Shown here piece after piece: positions 40,754 to 50,842 of a stretch of DNA of 56,357 bases (within the stretch, counting starts at the first letter, position 1; each line of letters starts with the position of its first letter). Both the position numbers and the translations under genes were made by a program. Source of the stretch: an uncultured Polaribacter sp. GTDB taxonomy: Bacteria > Bacteroidota > Bacteroidia > Flavobacteriales > Flavobacteriaceae. The notes below the pieces were generated by a model that saw only the letters and a program-made list of their open reading frames with translations, was not told the DNA's origin and ran no database searches. The stretch spans positions 1-56,357 of the forward strand of contig CAJXTJ010000001.1 in the NCBI GenBank assembly GCA_913061165.1, given 5' to 3'.

Positions 40754-42535
40754 ATGTCAGAGCATCATCATAAAGAAACTTTTGTAACTAAATATATTTT
40801 TAGTCAAGATCATAAAATGATTTCAAAGCAGTTCCTAGTAACAGGTATGTTTATGGGAATCATTGCAGTGTTAATGTCAATGTTATTTCGTTTGCAACTT
40901 GCATGGCCAGATACTTCATTTTCAATTGTAGAAGCATTTTTAGGTTCTCATCAAACAGATGGAATAATGGATCCAGATATTTATTTAGCATTGGTAACAA
41001 TACATGGTACTATTATGGTATTTTTTGTATTAACTGCCGGTCTAAGTGGTACCTTTTCTAACTTATTAATTCCTTTGCAAATTGGTGCAAGAGATATGGC
41101 TTCAGGATTTCTAAATATGATTTCTTATTGGTTATTCTTTTTATCTAGTACTGTAATGTTAATTTCATTATTTGTAGAAGCAGGTCCTGCATCAGCTGGT
41201 TGGACTGTTTATCCTCCATTAAGTGCATTACCTCAAGCAATACCAGGTTCTGGAATGGGAATGACTTTATGGTTAGTTTCAATGGCAATTTTTATTGCAT
41301 CGTCTTTAATAGGGGCATTAAACTACATTGTAACCGTACTAAACTTACGTACAAAAGGAATGAAAATGACAAGATTGCCATTAACAATTTGGGCATTTTT
41401 TGTAACAGCTATTATTGGTGTAGTTTCTTTCCCTGTGCTATTATCGGCATCATTATTACTAATTTTTGATAGAAGTTTTGGTACTTCATTCTATTTATCA
41501 GATATATTTATTTCAGGAGAAGTTTTACACTACCAAGGAGGTTCACCAGTATTATTTGAACACTTATTTTGGTTTTTAGGGCACCCAGAGGTGTACATCG
41601 TATTATTACCAGCATTAGGTATTACTTCAGAAATTATTTCAACAAATTCTAGAAAACCAATTTTTGGTTATAGAGCAATGATCGGTTCCATTTTGGCAAT
41701 TGCATTTTTATCTACAATTGTTTGGGGACACCACATGTTTATTTCAGGAATGAATCCTTTCTTAGGCTCTGTATTTACATTTACAACTTTATTAATTGCA
41801 ATACCATCTGCAGTAAAAGCATTTAATTATGTAACTACTTTATGGAAAGGTAATTTACAATTAAATCCAGCAATGTTATTTTCTATTGGTCTAGTTTCTA
41901 CGTTCGTTACAGGAGGTTTAACAGGATTAGTTTTAGGTGATTCAGCTTTGGATATTGCTATACATGATACGTATTTCGTAGTAGCCCATTTTCACTTAGT
42001 AATGGGGGTTTCTGCAATTTTTGGGATGTATGCTGGTATTTATCACTGGTTTCCAAAGATGTATGGTAAAATGATGAATAAAACTCTAGGTTATTGGCAC
42101 TTTTGGATTACAATAATCTGTGCTTACGGAGTTTTCTGGCCAATGCATTTTATAGGTTTAGCAGGTTTACCAAGAAGATATTATACAAATACAAATTTTC
42201 CAATGTTTAATGATTTGGCAGATATAAATGTGGTGATTACTTTATTCGCTTTAGTTGGGGGTATTGGACAAATTTTCTTTATTGCGAATTTCTTTATCTC
42301 TATGTATAGAGGTGAAAAAGCAACACAAAATCCTTGGAAGTCAAATACTTTAGAATGGACTACTCCAGTAGAGCATATTCACGGTAATTGGCCAGGTAAA
42401 TTGCCAGAAGTGCATAGATGGGCTTATGATTATAGTAAGCGTGTAGATGCGGATGACGATGATAGTGATTATTTACATGGTAAAGATTTTGTATTACAAA
42501 CAACACCGCTTTTAGAAGGTGAAGAACCATCATAG
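40754..42535 (+). CDS. coxA: Cytochrome c oxidase (aa3, A1-type) subunit I
   Basis: GWTVYPPL, WFLGHPEVY, VWGHHMF, VAHFH, GLPRRY. Confidence 0.96.
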   Translation: MSEHHHKETFVTKYIFSQDHKMISKQFLVTGMFMGIIAVLMSMLFRLQLAWPDTSFSIVEAFLGSHQTDGIMDPDIYLALVTIHGTIMVFFVLTAGLSGTFSNLLIPLQIGARDMASGFLNMISYWLFFLSSTVMLISLFVEAGPASAGWTVYPPLSALPQAIPGSGMGMTLWLVSMAIFIASSLIGALNYIVTVLNLRTKGMKMTRLPLTIWAFFVTAIIGVVSFPVLLSASLLLIFDRSFGTSFYLSDIFISGEVLHYQGGSPVLFEHLFWFLGHPEVYIVLLPALGITSEIISTNSRKPIFGYRAMIGSILAIAFLSTIVWGHHMFISGMNPFLGSVFTFTTLLIAIPSAVKAFNYVTTLWKGNLQLNPAMLFSIGLVSTFVTGGLTGLVLGDSALDIAIHDTYFVVAHFHLVMGVSAIFGMYAGIYHWFPKMYGKMMNKTLGYWHFWITIICAYGVFWPMHFIGLAGLPRRYYTNTNFPMFNDLADINVVITLFALVGGIGQIFFIANFFISMYRGEKATQNPWKSNTLEWTTPVEHIHGNWPGKLPEVHRWAYDYSKRVDADDDDSDYLHGKDFVLQTTPLLEGEEPS

Positions 42536-42552
42536 AACATAAAATTAAGTAT

Positions 42553-42583
42553 AAAAAACCTTTCCAATTTGGAAAGGTTTTTT
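42553..42583 (+). terminator. Terminator of act-cox operon
   Basis: AAAAAACCTTTCCAA / TTGGAAAGGTTTTTT inverted repeat. Confidence 0.85.
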
Positions 42584-42621
42584 GCTTTACAAGAAGATTA
42601 TTGTATCATATTAAATTCCTT

Positions 42622-42629
42622 TATCTTTG
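42622..42629 (+). promoter_or_regulatory. -7 promoter element of ruvB
   Basis: TATCTTTG 5 nt before ATG 42635. Confidence 0.6.
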
Positions 42630-42634
42630 TTTTT

Positions 42635-43657
42635 ATGAATGAAAATTTAAATCCGGAAAGTGACAATTTATCTAATGAAGATTTAGATGTAGAAAAAAAA
42701 TTACGTCCCCTTTCATTTGATGATTTCACAGGACAAGATCAAGCAATTGATAATTTGAAAATTTTTGTTGAAGCAGCAAATCAAAGAGAAGAAGCACTAG
42801 ATCATACTCTTTTTCACGGTCCTCCCGGTTTAGGAAAAACAACACTTGCACATATTTTAGCGAACGAATTACAAGTGGGTATTAAGGTTACCTCTGGGCC
42901 TGTTTTAGATAAACCAGGAGACTTAGCTGGTTTACTTACCAATTTAGATGAACGCGATGTTTTGTTTATTGATGAAATTCACCGTTTAAGTCCTATTGTA
43001 GAGGAATATTTATATTCTGCAATGGAAGATTATAAGATTGATATTATGATTGAGTCTGGGCCAAATGCTAGGACAGTGCAGATTAATCTAGAACCATTTA
43101 CATTAATTGGTGCAACCACACGTTCAGGATTGTTAACGGCTCCAATGAGAGCAAGATTCGGAATAAGTAGCAGATTACATTATTACAAGACTGAATTACT
43201 TACCACAATTATTCAAAGAAGTGCACATATTTTAAAAGTTCCTATCTCTATGGAATCTGCTATTGAAATTGCAGGGAGAAGTAGAGGTACCCCTAGGATT
43301 TCGAATGCATTGTTGCGCAGAGTAAGAGATTTTGCACAAATTAAAGGAAATGGATCTATTACGATAGAAATTGCCAAATACGCTTTAGGTGCCTTAAATG
43401 TAGATGCGCATGGTTTGGATGAAATGGATAATAAAATACTTTTAACCATAATTGATAAATTTAAAGGAGGACCTGTAGGACTTTCTACAATAGCAACTGC
43501 GGTAAGTGAGAACACAGAAACTATAGAAGAAGTATACGAACCTTTCTTAATTCAGCAGGGGTTTATAATGCGAACTCCAAGAGGCAGAGAAGTAACAGAA
43601 CTTGCTTATAAGCATTTGGGTAGAGAGAAAGGTAAAAACCCGGGACAATTGTTTTAA
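42635..43657 (+). CDS. ruvB: Holliday junction branch-migration helicase RuvB
   Basis: [33 protein letters not shown]; start at MNENLN (the ORF-track start lies inside the terminator). Confidence 0.97.
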   Translation: MNENLNPESDNLSNEDLDVEKKLRPLSFDDFTGQDQAIDNLKIFVEAANQREEALDHTLFHGPPGLGKTTLAHILANELQVGIKVTSGPVLDKPGDLAGLLTNLDERDVLFIDEIHRLSPIVEEYLYSAMEDYKIDIMIESGPNARTVQINLEPFTLIGATTRSGLLTAPMRARFGISSRLHYYKTELLTTIIQRSAHILKVPISMESAIEIAGRSRGTPRISNALLRRVRDFAQIKGNGSITIEIAKYALGALNVDAHGLDEMDNKILLTIIDKFKGGPVGLSTIATAVSENTETIEEVYEPFLIQQGFIMRTPRGREVTELAYKHLGREKGKNPGQLF

Positions 43658-43721
43658 ATGTATTTTAAATCCAAATAAAGTAACGAGAATCAAACCGCTA
43701 AAAGTAAAAGTATACTATTAA

Positions 43722-45449
43722 ATGAATATTAAGAAGTTAATACCAATTTTAGAATGGTTACCAAATTATAATACTTCTCTTTTTAAGGGAGATTTATTTG
43801 CAGGTATTACTGTTGGTATTGTTCTAATTCCGCAAGGAATTGCATATGCGCTTATTGCAGGATTGCCCCCCATTTACGGTTTGTATTGTGCTTTAGTGCC
43901 GCAAGTAATGTATGCTATTTTTGGTTCTTCTAGGCAAGTAGCAATTGGTCCAGTTGCAATGGATTCCCTTATTGTAGCAACAGGAGTTTCTACGCTCGCG
44001 CTCGTAGGATCAGAAAGTTATATTTCAATAGCTATTTTATTGGCCTTAATGGTTGGAACGATTCAACTGATTATGGGTGTTTTTAATTTAGGGTTTATAG
44101 TAAACTTTCTCTCTAAACCTGTAATTACAGGATTTACTTCTGCGGTGGCATTAATTATTGGTTTCAATCAGTTTAGAAATTTATTAGGTTTAGACTTTGT
44201 ACAAAGCGATCAAATTCAGATCATCGTACATGGTATTTGGCTCGAATTAGGAAATTTTAATTATCATACAACTACTATAGGATTGATTTCCATGATAATA
44301 ATCATTATTGCTAGAAGAATAAATAAGAAAATTCCTAATGCATTAATGGTTGTAATTCTGGGAATTTTACTTATGAAATATTTTGGAAACATATTTACAA
44401 ATGTGTCTATAGTAAAAGAGATTCCCGCTGGTTTACCAAAATTCGGAATTCCGGAATTTGATTTAGATTTGATAAGAAATTTATTACCAATTGCTTTAAC
44501 GCTTGTAATGGTAGGTTACTTAGAAACTATTTCTATTGGAAAGTCTTTGGAAGCAAAACAAGATGAATATAGAATTAGACCAAATCAAGAATTAATAGCT
44601 TTAGGGATTAGTAATATGGTAGGCTCTTTATTTAAAGCATATCCAAGTGCCTCTAGTTTTTCTCGTTCTGCTATCAATTACGAAAGTGGTGCAAAAACAG
44701 GCATGGCTGCATTAATTTCGGTAGTAATGGTCTTAATTACATTATTGTTTTTAATGCCATTATTTTATTTTTTACCAAAAACGGTACTATCTGCAATTAT
44801 AATCGTAGCTGTTTTTAGGTTGGTTAATTTTAAAGAAGCTAGTTTCCTTTGGAAAGCCAATCAACTAGATTTTTGTTTAATGCTTGCAACTTTCATCGGA
44901 ACTTTGTTTTTAGGAATTGAATTTGGAATAATTACAGGAGTAGGATTGTCTTTAATTGTTTTAATCTTTAGAACCTCTAGACCTTATGTTGTTGAATTAG
45001 GAAAAGTACCAAATTCTAATTTTTATAAAAATAAAGAACGATTTGAGGAGGTAGTTATTGATGAAGATGTATTGGTTTTTAGATTTGATGCACAATTATT
45101 TTATGCCAATGCTAGTTATTTTAGAGATCGATTGGAGCAAATGATGGATCATAAAGGGAGCGCTTTAAAATTAATTGTTTTAGATGCAGAGAGCATAAAT
45201 AGAGTAGATAGCACAGGTGTAGAAATGTTAAAGGAGCGTATTCTATTTTGCCAGAAAAAAGGAATTATATTTTATTTAGCTGGCGTAAAAGGACCGGTAA
45301 GAGATGATTTATTTAGAAGTGGAATTTTAGAAATCATAGGTTTAGATCACTTTTTTATGCGCGCAAATCAAGCAGTTAGGTTTTATAAAACTGGAGACAA
45401 GGGAAAGCAAGAAAAATATGCAAAATATATACACCAAGCTTACAAATAG
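43722..45449 (+). CDS. SulP/SLC26 anion transporter with STAS domain
   Basis: DLFAGITVG..LIPQGIAYA, FGSSRQ..GP, NQELIALG, SFSRS, STAS LFYANA...DSTG. Confidence 0.93.
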   Translation: MNIKKLIPILEWLPNYNTSLFKGDLFAGITVGIVLIPQGIAYALIAGLPPIYGLYCALVPQVMYAIFGSSRQVAIGPVAMDSLIVATGVSTLALVGSESYISIAILLALMVGTIQLIMGVFNLGFIVNFLSKPVITGFTSAVALIIGFNQFRNLLGLDFVQSDQIQIIVHGIWLELGNFNYHTTTIGLISMIIIIIARRINKKIPNALMVVILGILLMKYFGNIFTNVSIVKEIPAGLPKFGIPEFDLDLIRNLLPIALTLVMVGYLETISIGKSLEAKQDEYRIRPNQELIALGISNMVGSLFKAYPSASSFSRSAINYESGAKTGMAALISVVMVLITLLFLMPLFYFLPKTVLSAIIIVAVFRLVNFKEASFLWKANQLDFCLMLATFIGTLFLGIEFGIITGVGLSLIVLIFRTSRPYVVELGKVPNSNFYKNKERFEEVVIDEDVLVFRFDAQLFYANASYFRDRLEQMMDHKGSALKLIVLDAESINRVDSTGVEMLKERILFCQKKGIIFYLAGVKGPVRDDLFRSGILEIIGLDHFFMRANQAVRFYKTGDKGKQEKYAKYIHQAYK

Positions 45450-45499
45450 CAATAAGAAAATAAGCACTGCAGTTATTTGTAAATTAACTTTAGAATAAA

Positions 45500-45871
45500 A
45501 TGAAAAATATAGTATGTTTATTCATAATGATCTTTTTTTGTATAAACTGTAATTCACAAGTAGCGCTTAAAGCTATAACTACAAAAGAGTTAAAGGTTTT
45601 ATTGTCTCAAGAAAATATTCAATTGATGGATGTTAGAACTCCGGAAGAAATAAAAGAAGGTGCTATACAAACAGCATTTTTTGTCAACTATTTTGATGTT
45701 GATTTTGAAAACGTAGCAACTGCGAAACTGAATAAATCAAAGCCCGTTTATTTGTATTGTAGAAGTGGCAACAGAAGTGGAAAAGCATGTAAAATTTTGA
45801 AAGAAAAAGGCTTCGAAGCCATCAATGTTTTAGGGGGTTATAAGCAATGGAACATGGAGAAAAAGCAATAA
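45500..45871 (+). CDS. Rhodanese-like domain protein (exported)
   Basis: DVRTPEE, active-site YCRSGNRS, LGGY; N-terminal signal/lipoprotein-like sequence. Confidence 0.88.
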   Translation: MKNIVCLFIMIFFCINCNSQVALKAITTKELKVLLSQENIQLMDVRTPEEIKEGAIQTAFFVNYFDVDFENVATAKLNKSKPVYLYCRSGNRSGKACKILKEKGFEAINVLGGYKQWNMEKKQ

Positions 45872-45899
45872 CTTAATTTAGTTTTACAAAGAACAACTT

Positions 45900-46763
45900 T
45901 TAACCTAAGTACGTTTTTAGCATCTGTGTTTTCGAGCCTGATTGTAATCTCCGAATTGCTTTCTGTTTTACTTGGCGAACACGTTCTCTTGTTAAATCAA
46001 ATTTTTCACCAATTTCATCTAGGCTAGACATTGTTTCGTTTCCAATACCGTAAAACATTTTTATCACTTTTGCTTCTTTATAAGTTAGTGTTCCTAGCGC
46101 CCTTTCTATTTCTATTTTTAAGGATTGTGCCATTAATTGGTTGTCTGGTCTTGGAGAATCTCCTGATTGCAATACATTGTAAAGATTAGAATCTTCTCCT
46201 TCTTTAAAAGGAGCGTCCATAGAAACATGCCTATTAGAGTTTTTTAAAGACTGCTCTACTTCGGATTCAGTCATGTCTAACTGTTTTGCAATTTCTTTAT
46301 GGGTTGGCATGCGTTGCTCGTTTTGCTCAAGACGGGCATATATTTTTTTTATTTTATTGATACTTCCTATCTTATTTAAAGGCAAGCGCACAATTCTAGA
46401 TTGTTCTGCCAAGGCTTGCATAATGGCTTGACGAATCCACCAAACAGCATAGGATATGAATTTAAAACCTCTAGTTTCGTCAAATCTTTTTCCTGCTTTT
46501 ACCAATCCTAAATTGCCTTCATTTATCAAATCAGATAATTTTAAGCCCTGTCCTTGGTATTGTTTGGCAACGGAAACGACAAATCTTAAATTTGCACTTA
46601 CAAGTGTATCTAATGCTTTTGAATTTCCTGCCTTAATTTTTAGGGCTAGTTCTACTTCTTCATCTGCAGTAATAAGTCCAATTTTACTAATTTCTTGAAA
46701 ATATTTATCTAAAGACTCTGCATCTCGATTGGTAACCTGTTTTACAATTTTAAGTTGTCTCAT
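45900..46763 (-). CDS. Sigma-70 factor, Bacteroidota primary-type (no region 1.1), probably a diverged paralog
   Basis: [34 protein letters not shown], region 4.2 LTRERVRQ; 287 aa. Confidence 0.9.
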   Translation of the reverse strand: MRQLKIVKQVTNRDAESLDKYFQEISKIGLITADEEVELALKIKAGNSKALDTLVSANLRFVVSVAKQYQGQGLKLSDLINEGNLGLVKAGKRFDETRGFKFISYAVWWIRQAIMQALAEQSRIVRLPLNKIGSINKIKKIYARLEQNEQRMPTHKEIAKQLDMTESEVEQSLKNSNRHVSMDAPFKEGEDSNLYNVLQSGDSPRPDNQLMAQSLKIEIERALGTLTYKEAKVIKMFYGIGNETMSSLDEIGEKFDLTRERVRQVKQKAIRRLQSGSKTQMLKTYLG

Positions 46764-46974
46764 TATAGGAAGTTGTAATTTTTAATAGTGAATGGCAAAA
46801 GGTAGGTTTTTAAAAGAATATATTTCTTTTAAAAGTAGTAAGTAGGAATCGTTGAAACAAAAAATCTAGAATGCAGGAAGCTTTAATTGAACCAATCGAT
46901 TGTTGTCAATATGATTAATTCTAATGTATGTATTTAGGATAAGAAGTGTATTTCCCATGAATCTTCAATATACG

Positions 46975-47011
46975 AAAAACGAGCGATTTTCTATTGAAAA
47001 CCACTCGTTTT
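46975..47011 (-). terminator. Terminator downstream of TonB receptor
   Basis: Minus strand AAAACGAGTGGTTTTC-AATA-GAAAATCGCTCGTTTT pairs fully only with G-U on the minus transcript. Confidence 0.75.
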
Positions 47012-47063
47012 GTGTCTATTTTAACATGTTTTGGTCAATTATGACATAAAAACGATATGTTTG

Positions 47064-49439
47064 TTAAAACTTAAAAGTTGCACCTATTAGAAAGTTTCTA
47101 GTAGCCTGCGGGTAATATCCTGCTCCGTCTCCAGTAATTGTATTGCCATTTTCATCTGGGTAATCATACGTGTAATAATAACCTCTATCTACATATTTAG
47201 TATTAAAAATGTTATTTATCAAAGCAGAAAACACAATTTCTTTAAATATTTTAGTTGTTTTTACTTCATAAACAACATTAAAATCATTTGTAAAGTAACT
47301 TTTTAGTTTTTCGTTATTTGTAGATATTTCATTATAAATAACAGAGGGTTCATTTTCAATTACACCACCAAAATTACCCATATATTGTTCGCCAACATAT
47401 TTTGATAAAAGAGAAAGTTGTAAGTTTTCTAAAGGCTGAAAAACAAAAGCATTACCACCAATTATATCAGGAGAATTAGAAATAGGTGTATTTCCTAAAT
47501 TAACTAAATCTCCATTTATAGGAGCGTTAAAACCTACGTTTTTATTAGAACTTATTGCAATATTTGGTCTAATAGAAAACTGATCACTAATGCGAATATC
47601 CGCATCAACCTCTAAACCTAAACGATAACTTTTTCCACTTGTAGCTCTAATTGGTGAACCCACATCATTTAAAGCACCTGTTAATACTAATTGATTTTTA
47701 TAATTCATATAGTAAACATTGGTACTTAATTTTATGTTTTCGTTTTTTAAACGCCAACCTAACTCATAATCATCTAAACTTTCGTGTTGTGTCGTTCCTG
47801 CTTCAAAATCATTTCTATTAGGTTCTCTGTTTGCTTTTGCATAAGAGGCATAAAAACTATTTGTACTGTTAAGTACGTATGTTAATCCTAATTTAGGATT
47901 AAAGAAATTAAAATTAGCATCTACATCTATTGCATCTCTATCAGAGGTTAATCCTTTTGTTTTATAAGTTACAAACCTTCCTTGTAAATCTACAAAAGCA
48001 GTTAATTGATCTGATACGTTGTAGGTTGTTTTTACAAATGAACTATAATCTATTTTTTTAGCATCAGAAAAATAATATTGATCTCTAATCGAAGTTCCGT
48101 CAGATAAATCACTTCCCCAAATTACTTCTCCAAAATGATAATTGGTGTAATTACTATAAGACATACCTCCAATAATTTCTATACCATCATTCTTGTAAGT
48201 TGCGTTAAAATTTGCTACATAAAAACGATTGTCTAACCAACGTCTAACAACAACATCACTATCTTCTTCAATTAAATTATTAAAATCTGCAGAAGATTCT
48301 TCATCTTTAAATTGCTCAAAATAACCTTTACCTCTCGTATAATTTAAACCAATATTTGTAGACCAATTTTTGTTTAACTTCTCATTCCAGTGCAATTGAT
48401 AATGATCTTGTTGGTAATTATCAGTTTCATTATCATACGTATAAGGATTCTGTTTTCTATCTTCTTTTAATTCTTCTGCAGTTATACCAAACCAAGCTTG
48501 GTACGTATATTCTTTACCTCCAAAAGCCAATGCTTTTATTAAGGTGTTTTCGTCTACGTATGAAGCCTGTAAGAAATATGATTTTAAATCTGTAAAAGCT
48601 CTATCTATATAACCATCTGAATAAATATTAGACAAACGTCCTGCAATTTCTATATGATCGTTAATTTTTCCTGTGCTAAACTTTACGGTATTTTTTCTTG
48701 TATTAAAAGAGCCAAAAGAATTAGAGATTTCTGCAAAAGCATCCTCAGAAATAGCATCGGTTAAAATATTTAAACTCGCGCCAAAAGCACCAGAACCATT
48801 TGTAGATGTACCAACACCACGTTGTAATTGTAAGTTTTCTGTAGAAGAAGCAAAATCGCCCATATTTACCCAAAAACTTCCCTGACTTTCAGCATCGTTA
48901 TATGGTATTCCGTTTACAGTAACATTTACACGACTTCCATCAGAACCACGAACACGAATATACGTGTAGCCAATTCCTGCACCTGCATCTGATGATGTAG
49001 TTACCGATGGTAGATATTTAAGTAAAATAGGAATGTCTTGTCCTAAATTACGCTTCGCAATTTCCTTTTTTGATAAATTAGAATGAGTTACCGGTGAATT
49101 CGCTTTTACACGAACTGCAGAAACCAAAACTTCTTCTAAAATGGTAGTACCTGTTTGTAATTCGATTACATACTCCTCATCTTTAGAAAGTGTAATTTTC
49201 TCTGAAATAGTGCTGTAACCCAAAAATGAAACTTCCACGCTATAGATTCCTTTTTCTAGGACAAAACTAAAGTTTCCGTCAAAATCTGTGGAGGCTCCTT
49301 TTTTAGTTTCTTGAACTAGAATAGAAGCTCCAGCTAAAGGATTTTTGTTTTCATCTACAACTTTTCCAGAAAGTGTAAAGGATTGTGCGTTTGCAAGTGT
49401 ACTTACAAACAAGAATAAAAAAATGGATATTTTTTTCAT
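47064..49439 (-). CDS. TonB-dependent receptor, probable thiamine importer
   Basis: Signal peptide, CarboxypepD_reg-like domain, plug (SDAGAGIGY, RGVGTSTNG), terminal Phe; TPP riboswitch upstream. Confidence 0.88.
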   Translation of the reverse strand: MKKISIFLFLFVSTLANAQSFTLSGKVVDENKNPLAGASILVQETKKGASTDFDGNFSFVLEKGIYSVEVSFLGYSTISEKITLSKDEEYVIELQTGTTILEEVLVSAVRVKANSPVTHSNLSKKEIAKRNLGQDIPILLKYLPSVTTSSDAGAGIGYTYIRVRGSDGSRVNVTVNGIPYNDAESQGSFWVNMGDFASSTENLQLQRGVGTSTNGSGAFGASLNILTDAISEDAFAEISNSFGSFNTRKNTVKFSTGKINDHIEIAGRLSNIYSDGYIDRAFTDLKSYFLQASYVDENTLIKALAFGGKEYTYQAWFGITAEELKEDRKQNPYTYDNETDNYQQDHYQLHWNEKLNKNWSTNIGLNYTRGKGYFEQFKDEESSADFNNLIEEDSDVVVRRWLDNRFYVANFNATYKNDGIEIIGGMSYSNYTNYHFGEVIWGSDLSDGTSIRDQYYFSDAKKIDYSSFVKTTYNVSDQLTAFVDLQGRFVTYKTKGLTSDRDAIDVDANFNFFNPKLGLTYVLNSTNSFYASYAKANREPNRNDFEAGTTQHESLDDYELGWRLKNENIKLSTNVYYMNYKNQLVLTGALNDVGSPIRATSGKSYRLGLEVDADIRISDQFSIRPNIAISSNKNVGFNAPINGDLVNLGNTPISNSPDIIGGNAFVFQPLENLQLSLLSKYVGEQYMGNFGGVIENEPSVIYNEISTNNEKLKSYFTNDFNVVYEVKTTKIFKEIVFSALINNIFNTKYVDRGYYYTYDYPDENGNTITGDGAGYYPQATRNFLIGATFKF

Positions 49440-49594
49440 TTTAAAAAATTTAAAACGAATAAAAAGAGGTAATTATTCTTGTGATTAATATTGAATAATT
49501 AATTATTGTTTAAACAAATAAAGCTTTTTCCTATGCATTGGAAGAAATAATTTATACTTTAAATTAATTCACTTTTTTTGCAAAAAACATTCAA

Positions 49595-49665
49595 AATCCC
49601 TAAACAGCATTACCTGTTCTAGGTTCATTGGGTATGATCTCAGCTTTTTAAAGCACCCCTTTATG
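49595..49665 (-). ncRNA. TPP riboswitch
   Basis: Minus strand GGGGTGC-TTTAAAAA-GCTGAGA-TC-ATACCC-AAT-GAACCT-AGAA-CAGGTAATGCTG-TT-TAGGGA carries the THI-box hallmarks. Confidence 0.92.
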
Positions 49666-49674
49666 AGAACGTAG

Positions 49675-49682
49675 CAAAACTA
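49675..49682 (-). promoter_or_regulatory. -7 promoter element of riboswitch transcript
   Basis: TAGTTTTG on minus strand just upstream of the aptamer. Confidence 0.6.
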
Positions 49683-49722
49683 AGTCAGAAAAATTGATTG
49701 TGAAATAGAAAAGTGATTTATT

Positions 49723-50127
49723 TTAATCGAAGTTTGGTTTTTTACGAAGTGCCTTTTTAATCGATGTTCGTTTTTTAGTTTCAACTCTTCTTTTTAATGC
49801 GCCTTTGCTAGGTTTTGTTTTTTGTCTTTTCTTAGGACGAATTAAATTTGTTTTCAATAATTCTAGAAAACGCTTGATCGAAATTTCTTTATTTCTATGC
49901 TGAGAACGTGTTTCTTCACAAAAAAGAATTAAAACGTTTTCTTTCGTTAATTTGGAAGAAAGCTTAGTTTTTAAAAGCTCTTTTTCGCTATCAGAAAGAG
50001 AAAGTGTGTTTTCTAAATCGAAAGATAGTTCAATTTTAGAAGATGTTTTATTTACGTGTTGTCCGCCAGCACCAGAGCTTCTAGTCGCTTTAAAGTTGAG
50101 TTCTTTTAAAATATTCTCTGAATTCAT
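49723..50127 (-). CDS. arfB: Alternative ribosome-rescue peptidyl-tRNA hydrolase ArfB
   Basis: RSSGAGGQHVNK, RSQHRN, basic C-terminal tail; start at MNSENI. Confidence 0.93.
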   Translation of the reverse strand: MNSENILKELNFKATRSSGAGGQHVNKTSSKIELSFDLENTLSLSDSEKELLKTKLSSKLTKENVLILFCEETRSQHRNKEISIKRFLELLKTNLIRPKKRQKTKPSKGALKRRVETKKRTSIKKALRKKPNFD

Positions 50128-50194
50128 TTTTATTGAAAACACCTTAAAATAAAAAATTTAAGGGTGTGTTTTTAGCTGGCTTTCTAGAGTATGC

Positions 50195-50842
50195 CTAATT
50201 GTCATAAGTATTATTAAAATCTCTATTATTGAGAAAATTGATTTCTTGCAAAGAGTCTGAAAAAGAATGCAAATTATCTTTTGCAGCAATAATTTTATCA
50301 ATAGCTTCAGTAGCGTTTTTTAATCTTGTTTCTTTATCACCTTTTAACAAGATATAATTTTTTTTATACTTTTTTAATGTATTTTCAAAAGCAGTAAACA
50401 TCTCTAAACGTTGTTCTGGTCTGTCTCGTAAATCATCTTCTTCCCAAGGAGTATCAATATAGGTTAATAAATAGAGGTCATATTTATTTCTATCTACAGC
50501 TTCACTTAATTTAAGATCTACTGTACCTCCATAAAATTCCTCTGAGTATACTTTTGTTTCTAGTAAATCGGTGTCGCAAATAAGTAGTTTATCCGCTTTT
50601 CTACCCAATTTATTTTCTAGATTCATTTGTCCAATTGCAATCGGTAGTAAATCCTCTTTTTCGCAAGTTTTACGCTCGTTATTCCATTTTTTTTGCAAGT
50701 ATTCACGCGCAAATTCTGGCGTCCAAACAGTATTGTAATGGCGTGCTAATTGTTTAGAAAGTGTTGTTTTTCCAGTAGATTCCGGTCCAAATAAAACAAT
50801 TTTTACGATGTTAATTGGGTCTTGTGTAAGTTCTTTTTCCAT
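50195..50842 (-). CDS. NadR/Ttd14-type P-loop kinase (AAA_28)
   Basis: GPESTGKT, PEFAREYL, ICDTD, PWEEDDLRD; overlaps pnuC. Confidence 0.85.
   Translation of the reverse strand: MEKELTQDPINIVKIVLFGPESTGKTTLSKQLARHYNTVWTPEFAREYLQKKWNNERKTCEKEDLLPIAIGQMNLENKLGRKADKLLICDTDLLETKVYSEEFYGGTVDLKLSEAVDRNKYDLYLLTYIDTPWEEDDLRDRPEQRLEMFTAFENTLKKYKKNYILLKGDKETRLKNATEAIDKIIAAKDNLHSFSDSLQEINFLNNRDFNNTYDN

Noticed and set aside
42569-42634. 22-aa N-terminal extension of RuvB
   Set aside because: It starts inside the terminator hairpin and spans the promoter; ATG 42635 fits the family
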